From positions 1-57,049 of the IMG/VR virus record IMGVR_UViG_3300034120_001490: a stretch of DNA of 57,049 nucleotides; one strand, given 5' to 3'. Both the position numbers and the translations under genes were made by a program. Below are positions 1-9,160 of this stretch, piece after piece. The DNA comes from a virus (lineage: Duplodnaviria > Caudoviricetes). Within the stretch, counting starts at the first letter, position 1. Each line of letters opens with the position of its first letter. The notes beneath the pieces were generated by a model that worked only from the letters and a program-made list of their open reading frames with translations, did not search any database and was not told where the DNA came from.

Positions 1-145
1 CTGCAGCCGCAAGTTCTCCATGACCGAGCTCCTGCCGGATCCCAACTATCCGGGCCTGCTGGTGTGCGACGCTGATCGCGACGACTACGACCCGTATCGC
101 CTGCCGGCGCGGCAGCCGGAGAAGATATCGCTACGCTTCGCGCGG
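1..145. repeat. Terminal direct repeat, left copy (circular overlap with 56905-57049)
   Basis: 1-145 equals 56905-57049 except A127 vs C57031 (ATA/ATC, both Ile). Confidence 0.95.
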
Positions 146-181
146 CCGGACACACCCCTCGACCCCGGGGGCGCGGTATGA
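2..181 (+). CDS. C-terminal part of the junction-spanning small CxxC virion-associated protein (ATG at 56846)
   Basis: Frame continues from ATG 56846 (MPIFLDTRGKSTLAIGICGRCSRKF...PGLLVC...DPYRLPARQPEKISLRFARPD) to TGA 179-181. Confidence 0.8.
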   Translation, partial: CSRKFSMTELLPDPNYPGLLVCDADRDDYDPYRLPARQPEKISLRFARPDTPLDPGGAV

Positions 182-288
182 AGATCCTCGAGACCTCTGG
201 CGTGCTCCCCACGTCTCGTGGAGGCGCTGGCGATGGCTCGCGCGCTGTCGCCAGCGCTCTTTCTTTCCCTGATCGAGGAACTTTCTGA
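178..288 (+). CDS. Possible 36-aa mini-ORF, translationally coupled at both ends
   Basis: ATGA overlap at 178-181 and TGATG overlap at 286-290; MKILETSGVLPTSRGG...RGTF; below the ORF-track cut-off. Confidence 0.35.
   Translation: MKILETSGVLPTSRGGAGDGSRAVASALSFPDRGTF
224..266 (+). terminator. Intrinsic terminator-like hairpin upstream of the tail fibre gene
   Basis: GCGCTGGCGATGGC / GCTGTCGCCAGCGC stem (two G:U pairs), 6-nt loop, then TCTTTCTTT. Confidence 0.55.
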
Positions 289-2774
289 TGGCCCAGAGCG
301 GCTTCACACCCATTCAGCTCTACCGGGCGGTCACGCCCACTTTGGTGCCCTCGGCGGGCAACCTCGCGGCCGGCGAGCTGGCGATCAACCTCGCCGACGA
401 GAAGCTGTACTTCAAGAACGCCAGCGGCGTCGTCAAGCTGCTGGCGGACTCTGCCGTAACCGGCACCGTCACTTCAGTGGCCGCTTCAGGCGGCACGACT
501 GGCCTGAGCTTCACCGGCTCGCCGATCACCACCACCGGGACGCTGACCCTGAGCGGGACGCTTGTCGCCGTCAACGGCGGCACCGGGCAGTCTTCGTACG
601 CCGTCGGCGACATCCTCTTCGCCTCGACGACTACGGCCCTATCCAAACTGGCTGACGTTGCCACGGGCAATGCACTGATTTCGGGCGGCGTGGGCGTCGC
701 ACCGTCCTACGGCAAGATCGGTCTGACGACGCACGTCAGTGGCACTCTGGACGTGGCCAACGGCGGCACGGGGCAGACGACCTACACCAACGGCCAACTG
801 CTGATCGGCAACACCACCGGCAACACGCTGGCCAAGGCCACGCTGACTGCTGGCACGAATATCAGCATCACCAACGGTGCCGGCGCGATCACCATCAACG
901 CCACGGATCAGTTTGTCGGCACGGTCACCTCGGTGAGTGGCACTGGCACGGTCAGTGGTATCACGCTCACTGGCACCGTCACTTCGTCTGGCTCTTTGAC
1001 GCTTGGCGGAACGCTCTCGGTCACGCCGTCAAACTTCGCCTCGCAGACGGCGAATACGTTTCTCGCGGCCCCCAATGGCGCGGCGGGCACACCCACGTTC
1101 CGCGCGATTGTCGCGGCTGACGTACCGACATTGAACCAGAACACGACCGGCACGGCGGCGAACGTCACCGGCACCGTAGCCATCGCCAACGGCGGTACCG
1201 GGGCAACGACGACGGGGGCAGCACGCACCGCACTTGGCGCGACCACGCTGGGCGGTAACATCTTCGTCATCCCCAACCCCAGCGCGGTCACGTTCCCGCG
1301 CTTCAACGCCGACAACACCGTCTCCGCGCTGGATGCCGCCTCGTTCCTCACGGCTATCGGCGCAGGCTCGGGTAGCGGCACCGTCAACTCGGTGAGCGGC
1401 ACTGGCACGGTCAACGGCATCACGCTCACTGGCACCGTGACTTCGTCAGGCAGCCTGACGCTGGGCGGTACCCTTAGCAACGTATCCCTAACCTCGCAGG
1501 TTACGGGTACGCTGCCTGTAGCTAACGGCGGCACTGGGGCCACTGACGCCGGCACCGCCCGCTCCAACCTGAGCGCGGCGGCATCGGGGGCCGTCGGCTC
1601 TAGCGGTCTGACGATGAACACGGCCCGCATGCTGGGCCGCACCACGGCCAGCGCCGGGGCCATCGAAGAGATCAGCATCGGCACGGGCCTCACTCTGTCG
1701 GGCGGCACGCTGTCGTCCACGGCGTCTGGCGGCACCGTGACGAGCGTAGATGCCTCGGGTGGCACGACTGGCCTGACGTTCACCGGCGGCCCGGTTACTG
1801 GGTCGGGCACGCTGACGCTGAGCGGCACTCTGGCCGTCGCCAACGGCGGCACGGGCGGTACGACGCAGAGCACCGCGCGAGCAGGTCTGGGCGCGACCAC
1901 TGTCGGCGAAAACCTCTTCACCCTCGGTAACCCAAGTGCGATACGCTTCCTGCGCGTCAACGCCGACAACACGGTCAGCGCACTTGACGCGCCGAACTTC
2001 CGAACGGCCATCGGCGCGGGCACGGGATCCGGCACGGTCACCAGCGTTGACGCCTCGGGCGGCACGACTGGCCTGAGCTTCAGCGGCGGCCCGGTCACTG
2101 GCTCGGGAACGCTGACCCTCGCCGGCACGCTCGCCGTCACCAATGGTGGCACGGGCGGTACGACGCAGAGCACCGCGCGATCAGGTCTGGGTGCCACGGT
2201 GGTGGGGGCCAACTTCTTCACGCTGACCAACCCTAGCTCGGTGACCTTCGTCCGCATCAACTCGGACAACACAATCAGCACCCTCGACGCGCCGACTTTC
2301 CGCACGGCCATTGGCGCGGGCACCAGCTCAACCACAGGCACCGTCACCTCTGTCAGCGGCACTGGTTCGACCAACGGCCTGTCCCTCTCCGGCACGGTTA
2401 CCGGCAGCGGCAACATCACACTGAGCGGTAGCGTCACCTCGGTGGCTACGTCGGCGACCATCGACGGCGTCACCATCGGCTATCGCAGCATCCCCCGCTC
2501 GACCACGAGCGGCACCGCAGTGGTGGCCGATGTCGGCAAGTGCATCGCGGTTACTGCGGGTATCACGATCCCGAACAGCACCTTTGCCGCCGGCGACGCC
2601 GTCTCTATCTATAATGATAGCGGGTCGGCCATCACGATCACGGCGGGCGTCACGACCCTACGCCTTGCGGGGACAACCACTACAGGCAACCGCACGCTGG
2701 CCGCGCGCGGCTTGGCTACCGTCTGGTTCAACAGCGCGACTGAAGCGGTCATCTCCGGCGCGGGGGTCAGCTAA
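288..2774 (+). CDS. Long tail fibre-like protein with G/T/S-rich repeats
   Basis: N-terminal P..L..GELAIN..D.KLYFK motif typical of phage fibres; repeated GTVTSV..GTLTL.GTL.V.NGGTG modules. Confidence 0.8.
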   Translation: MAQSGFTPIQLYRAVTPTLVPSAGNLAAGELAINLADEKLYFKNASGVVKLLADSAVTGTVTSVAASGGTTGLSFTGSPITTTGTLTLSGTLVAVNGGTGQSSYAVGDILFASTTTALSKLADVATGNALISGGVGVAPSYGKIGLTTHVSGTLDVANGGTGQTTYTNGQLLIGNTTGNTLAKATLTAGTNISITNGAGAITINATDQFVGTVTSVSGTGTVSGITLTGTVTSSGSLTLGGTLSVTPSNFASQTANTFLAAPNGAAGTPTFRAIVAADVPTLNQNTTGTAANVTGTVAIANGGTGATTTGAARTALGATTLGGNIFVIPNPSAVTFPRFNADNTVSALDAASFLTAIGAGSGSGTVNSVSGTGTVNGITLTGTVTSSGSLTLGGTLSNVSLTSQVTGTLPVANGGTGATDAGTARSNLSAAASGAVGSSGLTMNTARMLGRTTASAGAIEEISIGTGLTLSGGTLSSTASGGTVTSVDASGGTTGLTFTGGPVTGSGTLTLSGTLAVANGGTGGTTQSTARAGLGATTVGENLFTLGNPSAIRFLRVNADNTVSALDAPNFRTAIGAGTGSGTVTSVDASGGTTGLSFSGGPVTGSGTLTLAGTLAVTNGGTGGTTQSTARSGLGATVVGANFFTLTNPSSVTFVRINSDNTISTLDAPTFRTAIGAGTSSTTGTVTSVSGTGSTNGLSLSGTVTGSGNITLSGSVTSVATSATIDGVTIGYRSIPRSTTSGTAVVADVGKCIAVTAGITIPNSTFAAGDAVSIYNDSGSAITITAGVTTLRLAGTTTTGNRTLAARGLATVWFNSATEAVISGAGVS
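1731..2330 (+). repeat. Two about 300-bp (100-aa) direct repeats within the tail fibre
   Basis: Segments starting at 1731 and 2031 align at a 300-nt offset (e.g. ggcacgggcggtacgacgcagagcaccgcgcga in both). Confidence 0.8.
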
Positions 2775-3193
2775 TGAGCGGCATCCAGATGGCGCTGCTC
2801 GGGAGCGGTGGTAGCGCGCCGACGTTCCCGTTGCCTACCCCAACCAATGTTTCGGTAACCGACACTGCTCCAGTTGAAGCGGGTTACAGCCTTCGAAGCG
2901 ACGGCGTCGTATCGAAAATCGAAAATGGTTTGGAGACCACTATCGGAAACTGGATTGTCCCAAATACAACGGCTTCTAGTTACGAGGTCAGGGCAACTCT
3001 TGTCTCTGGTTCCGTATCCACTGGAACGACGGGGAGCTATCTCAGCCTCGGAACCACTCGCACGTGGGGCGTGGCAGCGAACACCTCTGGGACAAATCAG
3101 GGCTGCACATTGACTATCGAAGTGCGTCTCACATCCGGCCCCGGCCCGGTGGTCGCAACCGCAACGGTGACTTTGTACGCGGAGTATTTCTGA
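2774..3193 (+). CDS. Small fibre-associated protein (tip or adhesin-like)
   Basis: Coupled to the fibre gene; beta-rich S/T/G composition; weaker GC3 bias. Confidence 0.7.
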   Translation: MSGIQMALLGSGGSAPTFPLPTPTNVSVTDTAPVEAGYSLRSDGVVSKIENGLETTIGNWIVPNTTASSYEVRATLVSGSVSTGTTGSYLSLGTTRTWGVAANTSGTNQGCTLTIEVRLTSGPGPVVATATVTLYAEYF

Positions 3194-3546
3194 TGCTTGA
3201 ACAACTCATCAGCCGGGTCTTCTACGCCCGCAACCTCGCCCACTTCGACCACTGGCGCACCAAGAGCTACGCCCAGCACAAGGCGCTGGGCACGTTCTAC
3301 GATGAGATCATTGAGGCGCTCGACGCGCTCGTTGAGGCGCATCAGGGCCTGAACGGCCTGATCGGCAATATCCCCGCGCCGGGCGACACCACCGGTGACA
3401 GCCTGAAGATCCTCAAGGCCGACGCCGCGTGGATCGAGAAGAACCACGAGGAAATCTGCGGCGGCAACCGCGCGATCGCCAACCTGATCGACACCGTCAC
3501 GGGCATCTACCTCTCCACCATCTACAAGCTGGAGAACCTGAAGTGA
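3193..3546 (+). CDS. Ferritin/Dps-like helical protein (DUF5856-like)
   Basis: ATG 3193 (TGATG coupling); H..HW.T.SYAQHKAL..FYD.I....D.LVEA.QG ... IYKL.NLK pattern. Confidence 0.7.
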   Translation: MLEQLISRVFYARNLAHFDHWRTKSYAQHKALGTFYDEIIEALDALVEAHQGLNGLIGNIPAPGDTTGDSLKILKADAAWIEKNHEEICGGNRAIANLIDTVTGIYLSTIYKLENLK

Positions 3547-3704
3547 GCGACGACGTGAACCTCCGGCTGACCACGCACGAGGCCGTCTGCGCCGAGCGCT
3601 GGCGCGAGACCATCATGCGGATCAAGCGTCTCGAGGCGGTGATGATCGGCTGCGCGGGCGGCATCATTGTTCTGCTGTCCACAATCGCGTTCAAGGTGTC
3701 CTGA
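3543..3704 (+). CDS. Small coiled-coil plus single-TM protein (holin-like)
   Basis: GTG 3543; HEAVCAERW...IKRLE followed by a hydrophobic C-terminus; lies in the lysis cluster. Confidence 0.6.
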   Translation: MSDDVNLRLTTHEAVCAERWRETIMRIKRLEAVMIGCAGGIIVLLSTIAFKVS

Positions 3705-3705
3705 C

Positions 3706-4149
3706 ATGAGCTTCTGGGATCGTTTCGAGAGCACCCGCGACGGCATCGAGGACACAGTTGAGTTCACGATCCGCATGGCTGTTGTCACGCTGGCCTGCGT
3801 CGTGCTGGTCGTCGTGGTCGCGCTGGTTATCGGCATGTTCGCGCCTAACAACGTGGTGGACAGCGACAAGGTCTTCGAGATCGTCGGCCCTGCCTTCAAC
3901 ATGGTCATCGGCGCGTTCGTCGGCCTGCTGGGCGGCCTGAGCCTCAACGCCAACGCGCGTGACGTGAAGCCGGAAGAGCCCGCCCCCGTTGAGCCTCTGC
4001 CTGAGCCAGAGCCGCCTGCCGCTGTGGCCGACGATGACGACGACATGGCTCCATGGGAGAAGTACCGCAACGACCTGCGCTATGACGCCAACGGCGACGG
4101 CGTGGTCGATGAGAGCGACTTTCCTGACTGGCGCAATCCGGGGGCGTAA
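3706..4149 (+). CDS. Two-TM membrane protein with C-terminal DxNxDG Ca-binding-like loop (holin candidate)
   Basis: ATG 3706; two hydrophobic stretches; YDANGDGVVDESD motif. Confidence 0.65.
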   Translation: MSFWDRFESTRDGIEDTVEFTIRMAVVTLACVVLVVVVALVIGMFAPNNVVDSDKVFEIVGPAFNMVIGAFVGLLGGLSLNANARDVKPEEPAPVEPLPEPEPPAAVADDDDDMAPWEKYRNDLRYDANGDGVVDESDFPDWRNPGA

Positions 4150-4311
4150 GTGACTGGCAACCTCTCCACCGTTGAACTGATCGGCCAACTCTGGCCGGTC
4201 GTTCTGGCGTTTATCTCGCTGACGATCATCCTTGCCAAGATGGACGTTCGCCTCGGCGTGGCCGAGGAGAAGATCAAGGCGTTGTTCGAGTTGTGGAACA
4301 AAGGCAAATGA
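4150..4311 (+). CDS. 53-aa single-TM protein (holin/antiholin-like)
   Basis: GTG 4150: MTGNLSTVELIGQLWPVVLAFISLTIILAKMDVRLGVAEEKIKALFELWNKGK; stop overlaps the endolysin ATG. Confidence 0.65.
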   Translation: MTGNLSTVELIGQLWPVVLAFISLTIILAKMDVRLGVAEEKIKALFELWNKGK

Positions 4312-4922
4312 GCCTCGCAAACCTCCAGCAGAAGATCGGTGTCACCGCCGATGGCGCGTTCGGGCCCGGCACGCTCAAGGCTGCCGCCGCCTACTACAAG
4401 CTGTCGCCCAACCGCGCCGCGCACTTCTTCGCCCAGACGGCGCACGAAACCGGCGGCTTCAAGGCGTTCAGCGAGAACCTGAGCTACGGCGCGAAGGGCC
4501 TGCGCGGCATCTTCGGGAAGTATTTCCCGACCGACGCCATGGCCAAGGCCTACGAGCGCCAGCCGCAGAAGATCGCCAACCGCGTCTACGGCGGCCGCAT
4601 GGGCAACGGCGTCGAGGCGTCCGGTGACGGTTGGAAGTATCGCGGTCGCGGCGCGCTCCAGTTGACGGGCAAGGCGAACTATCAGGCGTTCTCCGACTAC
4701 ATCAACCGCCCGGACGTAATGACGAACCCCGATCTGGTCGCGAGCGAACTCTGCTTCGAGAGCGCTTTGTGGTTCTTCGACAAGAACAGGCTCTGGGGCA
4801 TCTGCGACCAAGGCATCAACGACGCCGCCATCCTCGCGCTGACCAAGCGCATCAACGGCGGCACGCACGGCCTCGATGACCGCATGGCGAAAACAAAGAA
4901 GTTCGCCGGGTGGGTGGCATGA
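4308..4922 (+). CDS. Endolysin, glycoside hydrolase family 19 (chitinase-like), with N-terminal PG-binding-like segment
   Basis: AHFFAQTAHETGGF...ENL.Y, DGWKYRGRG.LQLTGK.NY and TKRINGG..GL.DR motifs; ADG.FGPGT near the N-terminus. Confidence 0.92.
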   Translation: MSLANLQQKIGVTADGAFGPGTLKAAAAYYKLSPNRAAHFFAQTAHETGGFKAFSENLSYGAKGLRGIFGKYFPTDAMAKAYERQPQKIANRVYGGRMGNGVEASGDGWKYRGRGALQLTGKANYQAFSDYINRPDVMTNPDLVASELCFESALWFFDKNRLWGICDQGINDAAILALTKRINGGTHGLDDRMAKTKKFAGWVA

Positions 4923-5365
4923 TCCCCAACCCGATCATGCTTTACGCGGCGGCAGGCGCTCTCCTCGTCGGTGCCGTCGCAGGATACAAAGTCCGCGATT
5001 GGCAGTGTGACGCGGCGTACGCAAAGGCTCTGGAAAAGGCGGGAAAGCAACGTGCTAAAGCCGACATCATCCTCGACAAAAAGGCCGCAGAATATGAAGA
5101 AACACGCGCCGCTGCCGATGTGCGCTCCGTCGAGCGGACTAACACCATTCGTGAGATTTACCACACGGTGCCTGCCGCTGCTGCCAGTTGCGCTCCTCCT
5201 GACGACGCTGTCCGGGTGCTCCTCGAAGTCATCGGTAATCCAAACACTGAAGCCGCCGCCAGCCAATCTGGCGAGCCCGTGTTCCCTGTTAAACAATCCG
5301 CCGAAGCCCTTCCTCGACCCAGCCCGGCTGCTGTGGGAAAAAGACCTGATCGAGCGGAGGAATGA
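4919..5365 (+). CDS. Inner-membrane spanin (Rz-like)
   Basis: N-terminal TM followed by a helical domain, directly after the endolysin. Confidence 0.7.
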   Translation: MIPNPIMLYAAAGALLVGAVAGYKVRDWQCDAAYAKALEKAGKQRAKADIILDKKAAEYEETRAAADVRSVERTNTIREIYHTVPAAAASCAPPDDAVRVLLEVIGNPNTEAAASQSGEPVFPVKQSAEALPRPSPAAVGKRPDRAEE

Positions 5366-5432
5366 CTGCGCGGAGAAACACCGGCTAACCATCGAGGCGT
5401 GGCGCGAAGCTAGTCAATTGCCGCAAAAGTGA
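5151..5432 (+). CDS. Outer-membrane lipoprotein spanin (Rz1-like), overlapping in another frame
   Basis: GTG 5151: MRFTTRCLPLLPVALLLTTLSGC lipobox; PPPANL..PC proline-rich body; start uncertain. Confidence 0.7.
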   Translation: MRFTTRCLPLLPVALLLTTLSGCSSKSSVIQTLKPPPANLASPCSLLNNPPKPFLDPARLLWEKDLIERRNDCAEKHRLTIEAWREASQLPQK

Positions 5433-5446
5433 TATAAGGACATCCC

Positions 5447-6100
5447 ATGGCCACGACGATGACCTTCACGACGCTCCAGCAGGACGTGCGGCGCTATCTT
5501 GAGCGCGGCACGACCTACGCGTCCGACCCCGTCGTCTTCGAGCAAATCCCGCGCCTGATCAATCTGGCTGAGCGGCGCATCGCGCGCGAACTCAAGGTGC
5601 AGGGCTTCATCAACGTCGTCAGCGGCACGCTGCAGAGCGGCGTGGCCGTCTACCCCAAGCCCGACCGCTGGCGCGACACGGTCAGCCTCAACATCGGCAC
5701 GGGCGCAAACAACAACACGCGCAATGTGCTCTTCTCGCGCGCCTACGAGTATCTGCTGAGCTACTGGCCCGATCGCACCGCGACTGCCCAGCCGCTCTTC
5801 TACGGCGATTACGACTACACGCACTGGCTGATCGCGCCGACGCCCAATGCGGATTACCCCTTCGAGGTGTTGTACTACGAGCTGCCGCCGCTGCTGGACG
5901 ACGTGGTGCAGACCAACTGGCTCACCGACTACGCGCCGCAGCTCCTGCTCTACGGGACGCTGCTCGAGGCCACGCCGTTCCTGAAGAACGACGAGCGCAT
6001 TCCGGTGTGGCAGAACATGTATGATCGGGCGGCGTCTATGCTCAATGGCGAGGATCTAGCCAAGATCCTCGACCGTTCGGCCGTGCGTAAGGAGGCTTGA
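5447..6100 (+). CDS. Head-tail adaptor/connector-like protein
   Basis: I.LAE.RI.REL, PTP...Y..E..YY, TNWL...AP.LLLYG.L.EA.PFLK pattern of podophage adaptors. Confidence 0.75.
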   Translation: MATTMTFTTLQQDVRRYLERGTTYASDPVVFEQIPRLINLAERRIARELKVQGFINVVSGTLQSGVAVYPKPDRWRDTVSLNIGTGANNNTRNVLFSRAYEYLLSYWPDRTATAQPLFYGDYDYTHWLIAPTPNADYPFEVLYYELPPLLDDVVQTNWLTDYAPQLLLYGTLLEATPFLKNDERIPVWQNMYDRAASMLNGEDLAKILDRSAVRKEA

Positions 6101-6101
6101 G

Positions 6102-7310
6102 GTGACGAACACCTACACACAGATTTTCGGTGGCACGACGATTTACCCATCGGATGTGTCGTATCTGGCGCTTGCGCTGACGGCCGACATCACGTTGGAG
6201 TGGCCACTTGAGAGCAACGTCACGAACGCGCCGGCCGCGCGCATCATCGACGTGACGCCCACCGGCGCATACTCCATCTTCCTGCCGCCCGCCGATCAAA
6301 CGGGCACCGGCCAGACCATCCTGTTCAACAACCTCGGGCCGTCCACCATCACGGTCAAGAACAGCGTGGGCGGCACGCTCCTGTCCATCGGGCAGGGCGA
6401 GCAGTGGCAAATCTACCTGACCGCCAACACCACCGCCGCCGGCACGTGGCGCACGTTCCGCTACGGCGCGTCCACGGCGCAGGCGCAGGCCTCGACGCTG
6501 GCCGGCTTCGGTCTGACGGCTACTGGCTCGACGCTGTCGCAGTCCACGCCCGTCACGCTCTTCAACAGCAACTACACCGCCGGTGCGCCCGATCGCGCCA
6601 AGATGTTTGTCTGGACGGGCGCACTCGGCATCCTGACGCTGCCCACCGCGTCTTCGGTTGGCAGTGATTGGTTCATCGCCGTCCGCAACGGCGGAAGCGG
6701 CAATCTCACCATCGATCCGCAGGGCCTTGAGACGATCAACGGCGCGGCGTCCCTGACGCTCACGCCCGGCGACAGCGCCACGGCGGTGACGGATGGCACC
6801 AGTTGGTACACGCTGGGCCTCGGCCAGAGCGCTCTGTTCGCCTTCGACTACACGTCTATCAACCTCGCCGGTCTGAGCGGCAACTACACGCTGTCGGGTG
6901 CGGAACTGAACCGCGTCGCCTACGAGTTCACGGGCGCGCTGGCGGGCAACGTCGAGATCGTTGTGCCGCAGACGACCCAGCAGTATTGGGTGTCGAACAA
7001 CACGACGGGTGGCTCCTTCACGCTGCGCGTCAGGACGAGCCCTCAGACGCCGGGTGTCTTTGTCGCTCGCGGCAGCCGAGCCATTCTCTACTCTGACGGG
7101 AGCGTCGTGGTGAACGCCGAGACGGCAAGTCTCGCGGTGCCGATCGCCGTCAGCGACGGCGGCACAGGCGCGATAACGGCGGGCCAAGCGCTGATTAATC
7201 TGGGCGGCACGTCGGTGGGCATTGGCGTGTTCACGGCGCTCACGACCAACGATGCGTGGACGACGCTGGGCGTGGCTCCGGCGGGCACCGTCAACGGCGG
7301 CACCTTCTAA
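6102..7310 (+). CDS. Tail structural protein
   Basis: Long GC3-biased ORF, beta-rich, in the tail operon. Confidence 0.7.
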   Translation: MTNTYTQIFGGTTIYPSDVSYLALALTADITLEWPLESNVTNAPAARIIDVTPTGAYSIFLPPADQTGTGQTILFNNLGPSTITVKNSVGGTLLSIGQGEQWQIYLTANTTAAGTWRTFRYGASTAQAQASTLAGFGLTATGSTLSQSTPVTLFNSNYTAGAPDRAKMFVWTGALGILTLPTASSVGSDWFIAVRNGGSGNLTIDPQGLETINGAASLTLTPGDSATAVTDGTSWYTLGLGQSALFAFDYTSINLAGLSGNYTLSGAELNRVAYEFTGALAGNVEIVVPQTTQQYWVSNNTTGGSFTLRVRTSPQTPGVFVARGSRAILYSDGSVVVNAETASLAVPIAVSDGGTGAITAGQALINLGGTSVGIGVFTALTTNDAWTTLGVAPAGTVNGGTF

Positions 7311-8930
7311 GTGGCGGAGAAAATCGTCCAGATACGGTCGCAGCCGGGCATCAAGCGCGACGGCACCAAGTTCGAAGGCGATAACTACGTCGACGGGCAG
7401 TGGGTGCGCTTTCAGCGCGGCCTGCCGCGCAAGATCGGCGGATACCGCGCCATCAGCAAGTATCTGCGCGAGGTCAGCCGCGCGATGCACGAGTTCACGC
7501 AGAACAGCCTGACCTACGTGCATAGCGGCTCGGCCAACTTGCTTGAACGCTTCTACATCGACAACGGCTTCAACACGTCGATCATCACCAACCGGACGCC
7601 TGTAACGCTGGCGGTTGACCCGAACAATATGTGGCAGTTCGACGCCATCGCCGCGCCGGGCCTTGGCGGCATGCAGCTCGTGGCGCAGGTCGCGCCGAAC
7701 CTCGAGTGCATCTGCAACGCGGACGGCGGCCAGCTCTTCTTCGGCGACTTGTTTGGCACCGCGCCGCTGCAGCCGGTGACCAACCTGCCGACCGGCTACA
7801 GCCTGTCCGGCGGTGTGGCCGTGCTGCACCCCTACACGTTCATCTTCGGCAACAACGGCTACGTGGCGTTTTCGGTGGCGGGCGACCCCACGGACTACAC
7901 CAGCCTCGGCTCTGGCGCGGCCAACGTCGCCTCGCAGAAGATCGTGCGCGGCATCGCCCTGCGCGGCGGGCCGGGCAACTCCCCGTCCGGCCTGTTCTGG
8001 TCGGCGGACTCGCTGGTGCGCGCCTCCTTCATCGGGGGCGACGCCATCTTTCAGTTCGACACGATCAGCACGCAAAGCTCGATCCTCGGCGCGAACACGG
8101 TCATCGAGTATGACGGCATCTTCTACTGGTGCGGCACCGACCGCTTCCTGATGTTCAACGGCGTCGTGCGCGAGGTGCCGAACGACCTCAACCTGAACTA
8201 TTTCTTCGACGGCCTCAATCAGTCGCAGCGCCAGAAGGTGTTCGCGATGAAGGTGCCGCGCTATGGCGAAATCTGGTGGTGCTACCCGCGCGGCGAGGCA
8301 GTCGAGCCGTCGCACGCCGTCATCTACAACGTGCGCGAGAACACGTGGTACGACTGCGAGCTGCCCAACGGCGGGCGCAGCGCGGCCGTGTCGCCCACGG
8401 TCTTCCCCAAGCCGATCATGACCGGCGTCGTGCCGACTGCGGCGGGGGAAGAAATCCGCATCACCGAGGCCACCGACACGCGTATTACGGAAGGCAGCGA
8501 CACGCGTATTACGCAGGAAAGTGGCGCGGATCAGTACCGCCTGTGGGTGCAGGAGGTGGGCGTGGACGCCATCGACGGCATCAACATCCAGCCCGTGCTG
8601 AGCTACTTCGAGACGGGCGATCTGTCGCTGCCGGTGATGGGGCAAGAGAACAAGGCGCTGCAGGTGCTGATGGTTGAGCCCGACTTCGTGCAGAGCGGCG
8701 ACATGACCATGCAGGTGACCGGCCGCGCCAACGCGCGAGCGCCCGAGGTATCAACGGAGCCGCACACCATCTACGAGACGCCGCCGACGCCGCAGGATCA
8801 GGTTGTCTACTTCAAGACGCAGCGCCGCGAGCTCCGCTTCCGCTTCGAGAGCAACGCCATTGGCGGCGACTATCAGATGGGCTTGATACTGGGGCACCTG
8901 CAGCCCGGCGACGGCACGGTGATCGGATGA
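7311..8930 (+). CDS. Tail nozzle / DNA-stabilisation protein (P22 gp10-like propeller)
   Basis: 539 aa; WVRF..G.PRKIGG start, EIWW.YP and YN..EN.W motifs; position in the operon. Confidence 0.7.
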   Translation: MAEKIVQIRSQPGIKRDGTKFEGDNYVDGQWVRFQRGLPRKIGGYRAISKYLREVSRAMHEFTQNSLTYVHSGSANLLERFYIDNGFNTSIITNRTPVTLAVDPNNMWQFDAIAAPGLGGMQLVAQVAPNLECICNADGGQLFFGDLFGTAPLQPVTNLPTGYSLSGGVAVLHPYTFIFGNNGYVAFSVAGDPTDYTSLGSGAANVASQKIVRGIALRGGPGNSPSGLFWSADSLVRASFIGGDAIFQFDTISTQSSILGANTVIEYDGIFYWCGTDRFLMFNGVVREVPNDLNLNYFFDGLNQSQRQKVFAMKVPRYGEIWWCYPRGEAVEPSHAVIYNVRENTWYDCELPNGGRSAAVSPTVFPKPIMTGVVPTAAGEEIRITEATDTRITEGSDTRITQESGADQYRLWVQEVGVDAIDGINIQPVLSYFETGDLSLPVMGQENKALQVLMVEPDFVQSGDMTMQVTGRANARAPEVSTEPHTIYETPPTPQDQVVYFKTQRRELRFRFESNAIGGDYQMGLILGHLQPGDGTVIG

Positions 8931-9160
8931 TCGACCCGCGCGGCATGACGTTGATTGATTGGGCCGATAGCGTTATACTGTCGGTTGGTGATGCGTGGTC
9001 GTTTGGTCGGCTTGACGACGAGAACGACTGGCAAGATTGGGCGGTAGCCTTCTTGAAGGCGTCGCCCTTTTCAACACGCGCCGTGCCCGATCCGTATCAA
9101 TTCGATGACTGGCGCGAGTGGGCAATGCGGGTCTACCCGATGCTTGAGGGACAGGGCTAA
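8927..9160 (+). CDS. Small Trp/Asp-rich virion protein
   Basis: Coupled ORF; W.DWA ... PDPY.F.DW.EWA. Confidence 0.7.
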   Translation: MIDPRGMTLIDWADSVILSVGDAWSFGRLDDENDWQDWAVAFLKASPFSTRAVPDPYQFDDWREWAMRVYPMLEGQG

